A DNA stretch of 64,000 nucleotides from Candidatus Micrarchaeota archaeon (GTDB taxonomy: Archaea > Micrarchaeota > Micrarchaeia > Norongarragalinales > SBBD01): positions 1-64,000 of the forward strand of contig JAHJQN010000003.1 in assembly GCA_018819225.1 (NCBI GenBank), given 5' to 3'. The translations under genes were made by a program, and so were the position numbers. Within the stretch, counting starts at the first letter, position 1; each line of letters begins with the position of its first letter. Shown here piece after piece: positions 16,083 through 25,959 of this stretch. Under the pieces are notes generated by a model. That model ran no database searches. It was not told where the DNA came from and worked only from the letters and a program-made list of their open reading frames with translations.

Positions 16083-18758
16083 ATGATTTCAATGAATGAA
16101 CTGAGCGAAGAAAAGAAACGGGTGCTTGAAAGCACAGGCAACGTGCTCGTCACCGCCAACCCCGGAACCGGAAAGACGACGCTGCTCGCCTACAAGTATT
16201 TGAAACTCCTTGAGAGTGGAGTAAAGCCCGAAGACATCCTCTGCCTTACCTTCACTGAAAAGGCCCGCAACGAGATGGAAACGCGAATCCTCAAGCTCCT
16301 GGAAGGAAAGAAACTGAAAGTCGAGTGGACGGACCTGAACATATTCACGTTCCACGAATACGCCCTCAACGCGATTGGCGAGGAAAACATCGTTTCGTCC
16401 AACCTCCTCCGCTACTGCATCTACCGCTACCTCAAGGAAAACGAGGTGCTCAACTACTCCGACAACTACCTTCTCACGGAAATCGTTCCCGGCATGGAAG
16501 GACACGTCAGCTACCTCAAAAGCTTCGGAATAACCCCCGACCAAATCCACCTCGAACAAGTCAAAGCCCAGATCACCGAAACCGAACGCTACACGAAACA
16601 AGAGCTGGACAAGTTCGCCGAATACTTCCTCAGCATCTACCAATACTACGAGGAATCCAAGCGCGGAAAGGGAATCGATTACGCGGACATGCTCCTCCGG
16701 TTCCTCGCCCTCCCAAAACACCGCGCATTCACATACGTTCTCGTGGACGAGCTGCAGGACGTCAACGACCTCGAAGCCACCATCGCGCTGAAGTCCGGCA
16801 AAACGTTCTTCGCAGTCGGCGACAAGAAACAGGCCATCTTCGGGTTCCAGGGCGGCTCCATCCTCAACTTCAAGAGATTCGGCGACTCCACCCAATTCAT
16901 CCTCGGCGACAACTACCGCTCCAGCAACGAAATCCTCGACTACGCAAAAGCCCTCTTTCTATCCAAAACAAAAAACCGGCCCGAACACGAAGCCGACCTC
17001 AACGCGCTAAAAAACCCGATCGCCAGCGCAGCCCAAAAACCCGAGGCGTACTCCATTGAGAAAGACAAGCTGTACCTTGCCGCATGCGAGCTTGCCAGAC
17101 AACTGCTTTCCGAAGGCCTCGAAACGGCCATCATCGCGCGCACCAACAGCCAAATCATGCGCGCCTCCAAAGAACTCAAGTCGCAGGGAATATTGCATTC
17201 TTCCACCTTCTTCGGAGGCTCCGGAACAGCGAAGGAACACGCCATACGGTTCCTGCGAAGCTTCTTCAGCGACGAACCGGAAGACTTGCGCGCGGCCATG
17301 TTCACGCCCTTCTTCCCCCTCCCCCTTTCGGACGCCTTTGCGCTCTCGGCATCAAAGACGCTGACCGTGGAAGACGTATGCGCGAAAAGCCCGGGGTACC
17401 GAAAGCTGCGGGAAGCCGCCAAAAACATTGAGGAAGTAAGCAAGGTGTTCAAGGAAGTGGTCTATCCGGTTGCGGTAACCTACGGAAAGGAATACCTGCT
17501 GGCCGCCATGACCGTGGAGAACGCGTTTGCCGAAGCCTTGCGGGTGCTTGACGAACTCAATCTTGAAAACGTCACCGCCTACCTCAAATCCTCGGACCTG
17601 CTGGCCGACGAAAGCGGGCAAAAGCAAAAACTTACTCTCACCACGGTGCACAAGGCCAAGGGATTGGAATTCGATGCCGTCATCTACCTACCCTCCAAAC
17701 CGCTGGGAAAAACGGACTTCCAGGACAACGTGGTGGAAGCCATCCTGAAAAACAAGGGAATCGACGCGACCGAAGAACTTGAGGAAGAACCCCTCCGAAT
17801 CGACTTCGTGGCCGTCACCCGCGCCAAAAAACGGTTGATCCTCCTTGCGCCGGACGTGGACGACTACCTCAACCCCTTCATCGAACACAAAACCATGGAC
17901 GTAAAAGGCGTCGGGGAAGGCGAATACTCCGAGCGCGCGAAAAAAGCCTACGATTTGTTCCTCTCGGGCGACACGGACAACGCAAAGCAATTGCTCGAAG
18001 ACAAGCAGCCGTGGCTCATGGACTTCGTGAAAAGCCACTTCGAAAAACTCAACCACCTATCCTATTCCAGCCTGCGAACCGACCCATACGCATACTTCAT
18101 TGACCGCATCCTCGGCATCCGGGAAACGTCCCCCGCGCTATTGCTCGGCTTGAAAGTTCATGCGCTTGCCGAACAAATCGTGAAAAACGAGAAACCTATT
18201 CTTGAAGAGGACGTAAAACCATTCGAGCAAGGCATACGGAACACCCTCACCCAAGTGAAAGCCGAATACCCCGAGGTCGTTGGAACCGAAGTAGATATTG
18301 ATCTTCCTCTAAAACGCCTGACGGCCACCGACACCGAAATGCGCTTCAAAGGCAAGATCGACGCCGTATTCCGCAACGCCGAAAACTATCTCCTACTCGA
18401 CTGGAAAACCGACAAGGACACCCGCCGCGATTCAGAGCACCGACGCCAGCTCGAAGTCTACAGGCGCGCCTACGCAGAACAAAACACCGTCCCATTGGAA
18501 AACATCAAAGTAGAAATCGGCTTCATCGGATTGCGCAAGAAAATCAACCTGGGCGTCATTGAAACAAAGCTTGACGCGGCCCAACCCAGGGCAAGCGCGT
18601 TCACCACCTTCCAAAAACACGCCAACGCCGTCCTCGCATGGAAACGGGATCCCGAACTCCTGCTCAAACAGCTCGCGCAAAAAGAGAGCGACGAACTGCT
18701 CTGGAAAAGCATCGTAGAACAATACCAACGGGAAGCCGATCCGGCGCCTTCCGAATAA
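16083..18758 (+). CDS. UvrD/Rep SF1 helicase with C-terminal PD-(D/E)XK nuclease (AddA/AdnB-like architecture)
   Basis: 'ANPGTGKT', 'VDELQD', 'VGDKKQAIFGFQG', 'NYRS', 'TVHKAKGLEF', 'VAVTRAK'; nuclease 'GKIDAV...LDWKT...QLEVY'; start at 16083 or 16092. Confidence 0.9.
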   Translation: MISMNELSEEKKRVLESTGNVLVTANPGTGKTTLLAYKYLKLLESGVKPEDILCLTFTEKARNEMETRILKLLEGKKLKVEWTDLNIFTFHEYALNAIGEENIVSSNLLRYCIYRYLKENEVLNYSDNYLLTEIVPGMEGHVSYLKSFGITPDQIHLEQVKAQITETERYTKQELDKFAEYFLSIYQYYEESKRGKGIDYADMLLRFLALPKHRAFTYVLVDELQDVNDLEATIALKSGKTFFAVGDKKQAIFGFQGGSILNFKRFGDSTQFILGDNYRSSNEILDYAKALFLSKTKNRPEHEADLNALKNPIASAAQKPEAYSIEKDKLYLAACELARQLLSEGLETAIIARTNSQIMRASKELKSQGILHSSTFFGGSGTAKEHAIRFLRSFFSDEPEDLRAAMFTPFFPLPLSDAFALSASKTLTVEDVCAKSPGYRKLREAAKNIEEVSKVFKEVVYPVAVTYGKEYLLAAMTVENAFAEALRVLDELNLENVTAYLKSSDLLADESGQKQKLTLTTVHKAKGLEFDAVIYLPSKPLGKTDFQDNVVEAILKNKGIDATEELEEEPLRIDFVAVTRAKKRLILLAPDVDDYLNPFIEHKTMDVKGVGEGEYSERAKKAYDLFLSGDTDNAKQLLEDKQPWLMDFVKSHFEKLNHLSYSSLRTDPYAYFIDRILGIRETSPALLLGLKVHALAEQIVKNEKPILEEDVKPFEQGIRNTLTQVKAEYPEVVGTEVDIDLPLKRLTATDTEMRFKGKIDAVFRNAENYLLLDWKTDKDTRRDSEHRRQLEVYRRAYAEQNTVPLENIKVEIGFIGLRKKINLGVIETKLDAAQPRASAFTTFQKHANAVLAWKRDPELLLKQLAQKESDELLWKSIVEQYQREADPAPSE

Positions 18759-18769
18759 CCGGCGGTAAC

Positions 18770-18927
18770 CCTCCTCCCCTCCCTGCATTCCGACCTTTTT
18801 CAAAAAAGGTCGATCAAAAAGTCGCTCGTCAAACACTCTTTGGCCGAGCTTTCTTCCCAAGAAAAGTCGTTGTGAACCCCTTCCCCCCTGCATTCAGACC
18901 GGGAGCTTGCGTGAATGTGGGAGAAGA
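18770..18927. repeat. Two degenerate copies of the family-1 core (CCCTGCATTC(C/A)GAC), each with a hairpin
   Basis: CCCTCCCTGCATTCCGAC then CGACCTTTTTCAAAAAAGGTCG (~18777-18812); CTTCCCCCCTGCATTCAGAC...TGAATGTGGGAGAAG (~18880-18927). Confidence 0.55.
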
Positions 18928-19066
18928 CGTGGGCTCGCCGTCGCTCGGCACGCGGATGGCAGGGCTCGCATCCACGGCCTTTTCCGGATAAATGATTTGC
19001 CGTGCGGTCGAACTATTGAGTAAGTAAGGCGCGGGTGCGATAACAGAATTTATAATCCGCGAGGAC

Positions 19067-19780
19067 GTGAAAGAAGTCATGGATATATTCGACAAGGCCT
19101 TGCTCGCGTGGCTCGCCGTCGGCATCGTCTTCTGGACCATCTATTCAGCGCTCGTTGTCCAAAACGCGGGATTCATTTACTACGTGATATGGGTAGCTGG
19201 ATTCGGAGGGTTCGGCTGGCTAAACCGGGAAAAAATTGCGGCCGCGATCCGCTCGCTTCCAGGCACCCGTTTTTCCAAGTTCGTTGCGCTAGGCTTCGGA
19301 ACCGTCTTGCTCGAGGAAACGTTTGCCGCCCTCCCGTACGCGATTTCCGAAGGGTTCACGATCATGCTGTACGCCCAACGAATACTGCAGCACTGGGCGT
19401 TCAACCTGTTTACGTTCACCGGATTCGTTTTCGGCTGGTACTTCCTGCTTTCCCGGTACGGCTATTCCGGCCGCGAAGTGTTTTTGCTGGCCGGAATCTG
19501 GGGGCTTTACGCCGAAAGCGTGATTTATTCGGTGTTCACGAATCCGCTGGCTTTCTTCATCTTCACACCGGTCATGGTGTTCACGTACGGGTTGATCGCA
19601 TGGCCGCCATTCCTTAGCTTCGGGGCAACCGGAAGCAGGCAACTGCATCCGGCGCTTAAGTATCCGCTCACGATGCTCGCATTATACCTTTTTTCGGTGG
19701 TGCCAATCCTCGTGCTCGGCGTTCTCCTGAATAATTACCCGTGGGCGTTCGCACCGTACATGACGTCTCCAACGGGCTGA
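19067..19780 (+). CDS. Multi-pass membrane protein (possibly related to CPBP/PrsW-type intramembrane proteins)
   Basis: About 7 hydrophobic helices, 'LLEET' and 'GLYAE' acidic residues within TMs. Confidence 0.65.
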   Translation: MKEVMDIFDKALLAWLAVGIVFWTIYSALVVQNAGFIYYVIWVAGFGGFGWLNREKIAAAIRSLPGTRFSKFVALGFGTVLLEETFAALPYAISEGFTIMLYAQRILQHWAFNLFTFTGFVFGWYFLLSRYGYSGREVFLLAGIWGLYAESVIYSVFTNPLAFFIFTPVMVFTYGLIAWPPFLSFGATGSRQLHPALKYPLTMLALYLFSVVPILVLGVLLNNYPWAFAPYMTSPTG

Positions 19781-19825
19781 ACCCCTAGAAGAATACGCGC
19801 ATACTACAAGAGACTACTATTTTTT

Positions 19826-20076
19826 TCAGTGATCCGCGTTCGTATTCACGGGTTTCAATGCCAGCGCTTTCACGGTGATCACATCGGCTTTCGTCTTCTT
19901 GCGCAGTTCTTCGCGCTTCGCCTCGTCGCGCAATTGCTGTTCAGCTGTCTTCTCGCCGCCCACCCACTTGTCCATCACCAAACAAGCCGTTAAGTCCCCG
20001 GTAACGTTTATGGCGGTACGGCTCATGTCCAGAATGCGGTCCACTCCAAAAATCAAGGCAATTCCAGCAGCGGGAA
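19826..20076 (-). pseudogene. Displaced 3' fragment of the dicarboxylate/amino-acid:cation symporter gene
   Basis: Encodes PAAGIALIFGVDRILDMSRT...ADVITVKA, near-identical to the C-terminus of 36645-38117, with its own tail and stop. Confidence 0.9.
19864..20076. repeat. 213-bp direct repeat, left copy
   Basis: 9 mismatches versus 36680-36892; 116-bp perfect block 19950-20065. Confidence 0.95.
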
Positions 20077-20138
20077 AAGGAAATAAACAAAATAGGGAAA
20101 CCATCCATGTTCTATTGCCTTAGAAGAAAACACAGAAA

Positions 20139-20224
20139 TATGACTACATATGGAAACGTATGACCACAATGTTTAAAAAGGAGCAAAGTGTAGTCATAAT
20201 ATGAAATTAGCACATATGACTACA
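20139..20224. promoter_or_regulatory. Four TATGAC(T/C)ACA boxes around a TATA-like element upstream of glgE
   Basis: Forward copies at 20139-20148, 20159-20168 and 20215-20224; inverted copy at 20189-20198; TTTAAAAA at 20172-20179. Confidence 0.75.
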
Positions 20225-20250
20225 AGTGAGAATTGAAAGGAACAGGACAA

Positions 20251-22605
20251 ATGGCTTTCATCGAAAAACAAAAACACGGGGGAATCACTTACTACTACCT
20301 AGCCCAATCCATTCGCGTTTCTCCTACAAAAGTGAAGAAGGTCAGGCGCTATTTGGGTAAAACGCTGCCTTCTGGAAAAAAAATCAAAGAGCTCACGACT
20401 CAACTCTCGCAAGGGAGAACAAGCACGAACATAAAGCAAGAAGTCAACATACCTGTTCAGATAACTCCCGAAACCAAGCCAAGAGCGCAAGAACTAAAGA
20501 CTCCTTTAAAAGAACATAAGGAATCAACGCCAAAGCTACCCGTTCCCTGCGTCATAGAAAACGTTTCCCCCGGAATGGATGAAGGACGATTTCCGGCAAA
20601 AAGCGTCATCGGAAAAGCGTTTCGCGTTGAAGCCGATGTGTTCTCACATGGCCATACCGTTCTTCAAGCGGTTCTTCTGCACCGAAGGAAAGGAGATAAG
20701 GAATGGAAAGAGGAGCGAATGGAAATCGTGGAAAACGACCGCTGGAAAGGAGTATTTACTCCTGAGGAGATAGGGGCATACGAATATGCCGTAAACGCAT
20801 GGGAGGATGAATTTCGTTCATGGCAAAAGTTGCTTGGGAAGAAGTGGACGTTGAAACAAGATGTAGTCATAGAAATAAACGTAGGCATACTGATGATTGA
20901 AGAGGCTATGAACGCAGTGGAAGGAGTAGTTCAGAGACAACTTAGAAGCTGGGCCAAACAAATCCGGAAAGAAAATGGGGGGAAGGCCGTAACTCTTGCG
21001 CTATCGGACGCGTTAGCGAAAAATATGAGTGCTTATTCGAGGAAACGCGTAACCCAGTCTCCAGTCATCGAACTATGGGTTGAATCAAAGGAAGCTGAAT
21101 TCAGTACTTGGTACGAGTTGTTCCCGCGTTCCACGTCGGACGACGGAACGCATGGAACGTTCAAGGATGTTGAAAAACGGCTTCCCCTGCTCAAGCACAT
21201 GCATTTCAACGTGCTATACCTTCCACCCATCCACCCCATCGGCGAAACGAATCGCAAAGGAAAGAACAATACGCTGCCTTGCGAACCCGGCGAACCCGGC
21301 AGTCCGTGGGCCATTGGCTCGCATCTCGGAGGCCATACCGCCATACACCCCCAGTTGGGAACACTTAAGGATTTCGATTCCCTTGTGAGAAAAGCGAGAG
21401 AGCAAGGCATTGAAGTGGCCCTAGATATGGCGTTCCAGTGCTCCGCGGATCATCCGTATATCAAGCAGCACCCGAAGTGGTTCAAGTGGAGGCCGGATGG
21501 AAGCATCCATCACGCGGAAAACCCGCCGAAGAAGTATGAGGACATCGTGCCGTTTGACTTTGATTCCGAAGACTGGAAGGCGTTATGGGAAGAGCTCAAG
21601 AACATCGTTCTATTTTGGATTGAAAAAGGAGTGCGTATTTTCCGAGTTGACAACCCGCACACCAAGCCTTTTCCGTTTTGGGAATGGTTGATCCGCACCA
21701 TCAAGAAAACGCATCCTGAAACCATTTTTCTGGCAGAAGCATTCACGCGACCGAAAGTCATGCATCGTCTCGCCAAAGCCGGTTTCACGCAATCGTATAC
21801 CTACTTTTCGTGGAGGAACACGAAATGGGAGCTCACGGAGTACGTGAAGGAATTGATGCGCCGGCCTGAATGCGATTACTTCCGCCCCCACTTCTGGCCG
21901 AACACGCCGGACATTTTGGCCCCCATTCTGCAAAAAGGAGGGAAGCCCGCGTTCAAGATTCGTTTGGCGTTGGCCGCCACCCTTTCATCGAACTACGGGG
22001 TTTACGGACCCGCATTCGAACTGGAAGAACATTTGGCGCTTCCGGAAAAAGAGGAGTATCAGGACTCGGAAAAGTACGAGATAAAGAAATGGGATTGGGG
22101 CCCCGAAAGCGGCATACGGGAATACATGGAGCGCATCAATCGGATACGCGTTGAAAACAAAGCGCTTCAGGAAACGTTCAATGCGCGCATGTTAGCAATA
22201 AACAACGACCACATCCTGACGTTCGAAAAACAAGAGACGGACGGATCGAACGCGTTATTGATCGCCATCTCGTTAGATCCCGTCAACCCGCAGAGCGGTT
22301 GGATGGAGTTGCCGGAATGGGCGAAGCCCGGAGAAGGAGAACGGATGGCCGTAGACGAACTGATCCATCAACGAAGCGTGGTGTGGGACGGGCGAAGCGC
22401 GTTCATCTCGTTGACGCCCGAAACCCCGGCACAGGTTTTGAGGATTCGGGGGGGCTTGAGGGTGCGGCGCATCCCCGAGGAAAAAAGGGCGGCGTTGCGA
22501 AAAACCCTAGAACGCGACCATTCAATGAAAGAAAACCAAGCAACGTCCACTGCATTAAAACAGGATATTAAAGGCGAAACGTCATTTGATTACTATATTT
22601 CGTGA
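20251..22605 (+). CDS. glgE: Alpha-1,4-glucan:maltose-1-phosphate maltosyltransferase GlgE (GH13_3) with extra N-terminal domain
   Basis: 'WYELFPRS', 'YLPPIHPIG..NRKGKNN', 'AENPPKKYEDI', 'FRVDNPHTKP', 'FLAEAFT', 'WPNTPDIL'; likely start MAFIEK at 20251. Confidence 0.95.
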   Translation: MAFIEKQKHGGITYYYLAQSIRVSPTKVKKVRRYLGKTLPSGKKIKELTTQLSQGRTSTNIKQEVNIPVQITPETKPRAQELKTPLKEHKESTPKLPVPCVIENVSPGMDEGRFPAKSVIGKAFRVEADVFSHGHTVLQAVLLHRRKGDKEWKEERMEIVENDRWKGVFTPEEIGAYEYAVNAWEDEFRSWQKLLGKKWTLKQDVVIEINVGILMIEEAMNAVEGVVQRQLRSWAKQIRKENGGKAVTLALSDALAKNMSAYSRKRVTQSPVIELWVESKEAEFSTWYELFPRSTSDDGTHGTFKDVEKRLPLLKHMHFNVLYLPPIHPIGETNRKGKNNTLPCEPGEPGSPWAIGSHLGGHTAIHPQLGTLKDFDSLVRKAREQGIEVALDMAFQCSADHPYIKQHPKWFKWRPDGSIHHAENPPKKYEDIVPFDFDSEDWKALWEELKNIVLFWIEKGVRIFRVDNPHTKPFPFWEWLIRTIKKTHPETIFLAEAFTRPKVMHRLAKAGFTQSYTYFSWRNTKWELTEYVKELMRRPECDYFRPHFWPNTPDILAPILQKGGKPAFKIRLALAATLSSNYGVYGPAFELEEHLALPEKEEYQDSEKYEIKKWDWGPESGIREYMERINRIRVENKALQETFNARMLAINNDHILTFEKQETDGSNALLIAISLDPVNPQSGWMELPEWAKPGEGERMAVDELIHQRSVVWDGRSAFISLTPETPAQVLRIRGGLRVRRIPEEKRAALRKTLERDHSMKENQATSTALKQDIKGETSFDYYIS

Positions 22606-22617
22606 GGTGTCTGAATA

Positions 22618-25600
22618 GTGGCTAACGATTCAACGTTGGAAAACGATCCGCTTTGGTTCAAGGATGCCGTGATCTACGAGGTGCACGTGAAAACGTTTTT
22701 CGACAGCGATGGTGACGGAATCGGCGACTTTAAAGGATTGATTGAAAAACTCGATTACCTGCGCGATTTGGGTGTCACCGCCCTCTGGCTATTGCCGTTT
22801 TATCCCTCGCCCATGAAAGACGACGGATACGATATTGCCGATTACTCGGGCGTGCACCCGACATTCGGATCCGTACGCGACTTCAAGGTATTGCTACGCG
22901 AAGCCCATCGAAAAGGAATTCGTGTCATCACGGAACTCGTGCTCAACCATACATCGGTCGAACACCCGTGGTTCAAGAAATCGCGGCGCGCGCCCAAGGA
23001 TTCGGAATGGCGCAATTTTTACGTGTGGAATGATTCGCCGGACAAGTATAAGGACGCGCGCATCATCTTCAAGGACTTCGAATCATCGAATTGGGCGTGG
23101 GATCCGGTAGCGAAATCGTATTATTGGCACCGGTTTTATTCCATGCAACCGGACCTGAACTTCAATTCGCCTCTCGTGGAAAAAGCCATTTTCAATGTCG
23201 TGGACTTTTGGTTCAAACTGGGCGTGGACGGCATGCGATTGGACGCCGTACCCTATCTTTTCGAGCGCGAAGACACGAATTGCGAAAACCTTCCGGAAAC
23301 GCATGCGTTCCTAAAAAAGCTGAGAGCGCGCATCGATAAAAAGTTCCCGAACCGCATGCTGCTGGCCGAAGCCAACCAATGGCCCACGGATGCCGTCAAC
23401 TATTTCGGTAAAGGCGACGAGTGCCACATGGCCTTCCACTTTCCGCTGATGACGCGCATGTTCATGTCCGTGCAGATGGAAGACCGGTTTCCGCTAATGG
23501 AAATCATTCGTCATACCCCTATCATTCCCGATACGTGCCAGTGGGCCGTCTTTTTGCGCAACCACGATGAACTCACGCTCGAAATGGTTACGGACGAAGA
23601 ACGCGATTACATGTACAGCATGTACGCCAAAGACCGCAAGGCCCGCATCAATCTAGGCATTCGCCGACGGCTCGCGCCATTACTGGAAAATGACCGCCGG
23701 AAAATCGAGCTCATGAACGTATTGTTGTTTACGCTGCCTGGAACGCCCGTCATCTACTACGGTGACGAAATCGGGATGGGCGACAACTATTTCCTGGGGG
23801 ATCGCGATGGCGTGCGGACGCCCATGCAATGGAATGCGGACACGAACGCAGGATTTTCAAAAGCCAATCCGCAACAAGTGTATTTGCCGCCCATCATCGA
23901 CCCCGAATACCATTACCAGACCATCAACGTCTCCAACCAGTCGCACCACCAAAACCTGTTGTGGTGGATGAAGAAAATGATTTCCATTCGCAAGCGGTTC
24001 AAGGCGTTCGGGAGAGGAAGCCTCCGTTTCTTGCAGAACGTCAACCCCAAAATTCTGGCATTCGTCCGAGAAATCGATGGCGAACGCCTGCTGGTGACCG
24101 TCAACTTGTCCCGACAACCGCAAACCGCGTCATTGGACTTGTCCCCATACGTTCAAGGCATTCCCCGCGAAGCATTCGGAAGCATCGAATTCCCGGCCAT
24201 TGAAAAAACACCCTACCCGCTCACGTTCGGTCCCTTCGGATACTATCTCTTCGTGCTCGAGAATCCGGACGTGAAATCCACTTCGACTCCCGCAAAAAAA
24301 ATCGTATTACCCACCGAACAAAGCTTGTGGAAGCCGACGCGCGGCGCGTTGAAACAAAAACTGGAGGAAAACGTGCTTCGGGATTTCCTGAAGAAGTGCC
24401 GATGGTTCGGCGGAAAAGGAAGAAAAATCGATTACGTGGACGTGCGAGAAGCCATTCCCATAGGAAAGATCAAGAAAGGCATTCAAGGCATCCTCGTGCT
24501 CGACGTGAATTACGTGGAAGGAGCACCCGAAACCTATCTGCTTCCAGCGGCATTCGCCCGAGAAGAAAAAGCGAAAGCCTTGGGAGAACAACACCCCGAA
24601 TCCGTGATCGCGCACATCAAAGCCGGGAAAGAGGAAGGCATCTTGTTTGATGCGTTATACGACGAAGCGTTCTGCCGGGAACTCTTGAAACTGGTTTCGA
24701 AAAATCGGGGGGAAATCGGATTGGGATCCAGAGGAAGAATGGACGGCTTTTCCCCGATGTCGCTTAAATCATTGGATGCCCTTTCTCCCGAGCTCCAGCC
24801 CTCCGTTTTATCCGCGGACCAAAGCAACACCTCCGTGGTTTATGGGAACAAACTCATCATCAAGTTCATCCGAAAAACGTCCCACGGACCAAATCCGGAA
24901 CTCGAGATCACGCGGTGGCTCACGAAAAACCGTTTCGCCTATTCGCCCGCCTTGCTGGGAGGCATCGTATACCGCGAGCGCAACTTGGAGGACGCTACCG
25001 TAGCCGTCCTGCAACCATTCATCAAAAACCAGGGATCGGCCTGGAAATTGTTTTCCGACGAGTTCAATCACTTCATGGACCGCGTGCTCCCCCAAAAAAC
25101 GCAGATGGAACAAAAAGAACAGCACGCGCCTTCATCCGACAACAAATTGAGCGGAGACATCAAGACGTTAGTGGGCCCGGTTTTCCTCGAACAAGTGAAA
25201 TTGTTGGGCGAACGCACCGGACAATTCCACCTGGCGCTTACCAGCGACGGGGAGGACGCGGATCTCGCCCCCGAACCCTTCGGGCACTGGGATTCCCTAT
25301 CCATTTCCCAATCCATGATTACGTACGCCGACCGCGTGTTCGAACTCGTCAATACGGCGTCCCCCCAAGATGAAAAAACCGCGAAGGAACTGAAATGGGT
25401 CCTTGAAAACCAGCAGGAAGTGCTGCGCCGATTCGAAGCCATTCGGGGCAAGAAGTTTGTGGCGTTGAAGACGCGCATCCACGGAGACTACCATTTGGGT
25501 CAAGTCCTGTTTACCGGAAACGACTACGTGATCATCGACTTCGAAGGCGAGCCGGCACGGCCGCTCGGTGAGCGACGTTTAAAACGTTCCCCGTTGCGGG

Positions 25601-25959
25601 ATGTCGCGGGAATGATTCGGTCGTTTCATTATGTGGCGTATTCCATGCTGCAATCGAACCTGTCTTTGAAGATGGAGGACCGTGCGTTTGCAGAACAATG
25701 GACGGAGCAATGGTTCCAAAGCGTCAAGCAAGCGTTTTTGGAATCGTACGAAAAAACCGTTGCGCGCACCGACATCGTTCCCAAGGACAAGAATACCTAC
25801 CGATTGCTGTTGGACTCGTTCCTGTTGGAAAAAGCGATTTACGAGTTGGGGTACGAGTTGAACAACCGACCGGAATGGGTGCTCGTTCCCGTGCGCGGCA
25901 TTCAAGCCATTCTAGGAAAACCATATGAATCCGCAGAAAAAAAAGAGGAACGCAAGTAG
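22618..25959 (+). CDS. treS: Trehalose synthase - maltokinase fusion (TreS-Mak/Pep2)
   Basis: 'RLDAVPYL', 'LLAEANQWP', 'FLRNHDELTLEMVTDEER'; C-terminal kinase 'DQSNTS', 'RIHGDYHLGQVL', 'IDFEGEP', 'EKAIYELGYELNNRP'. Confidence 0.96.
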   Translation: MANDSTLENDPLWFKDAVIYEVHVKTFFDSDGDGIGDFKGLIEKLDYLRDLGVTALWLLPFYPSPMKDDGYDIADYSGVHPTFGSVRDFKVLLREAHRKGIRVITELVLNHTSVEHPWFKKSRRAPKDSEWRNFYVWNDSPDKYKDARIIFKDFESSNWAWDPVAKSYYWHRFYSMQPDLNFNSPLVEKAIFNVVDFWFKLGVDGMRLDAVPYLFEREDTNCENLPETHAFLKKLRARIDKKFPNRMLLAEANQWPTDAVNYFGKGDECHMAFHFPLMTRMFMSVQMEDRFPLMEIIRHTPIIPDTCQWAVFLRNHDELTLEMVTDEERDYMYSMYAKDRKARINLGIRRRLAPLLENDRRKIELMNVLLFTLPGTPVIYYGDEIGMGDNYFLGDRDGVRTPMQWNADTNAGFSKANPQQVYLPPIIDPEYHYQTINVSNQSHHQNLLWWMKKMISIRKRFKAFGRGSLRFLQNVNPKILAFVREIDGERLLVTVNLSRQPQTASLDLSPYVQGIPREAFGSIEFPAIEKTPYPLTFGPFGYYLFVLENPDVKSTSTPAKKIVLPTEQSLWKPTRGALKQKLEENVLRDFLKKCRWFGGKGRKIDYVDVREAIPIGKIKKGIQGILVLDVNYVEGAPETYLLPAAFAREEKAKALGEQHPESVIAHIKAGKEEGILFDALYDEAFCRELLKLVSKNRGEIGLGSRGRMDGFSPMSLKSLDALSPELQPSVLSADQSNTSVVYGNKLIIKFIRKTSHGPNPELEITRWLTKNRFAYSPALLGGIVYRERNLEDATVAVLQPFIKNQGSAWKLFSDEFNHFMDRVLPQKTQMEQKEQHAPSSDNKLSGDIKTLVGPVFLEQVKLLGERTGQFHLALTSDGEDADLAPEPFGHWDSLSISQSMITYADRVFELVNTASPQDEKTAKELKWVLENQQEVLRRFEAIRGKKFVALKTRIHGDYHLGQVLFTGNDYVIIDFEGEPARPLGERRLKRSPLRDVAGMIRSFHYVAYSMLQSNLSLKMEDRAFAEQWTEQWFQSVKQAFLESYEKTVARTDIVPKDKNTYRLLLDSFLLEKAIYELGYELNNRPEWVLVPVRGIQAILGKPYESAEKKEERK

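Noticed and set aside
19826-20104. 92-aa ORF as an independent gene
   Set aside because: It is the duplicated symporter tail with a fortuitous upstream ATG.
20251-20420. Intact transposase at the island's left end
   Set aside because: Only a short N-terminal-like module is present, in frame with GlgE; no DDE domain follows.
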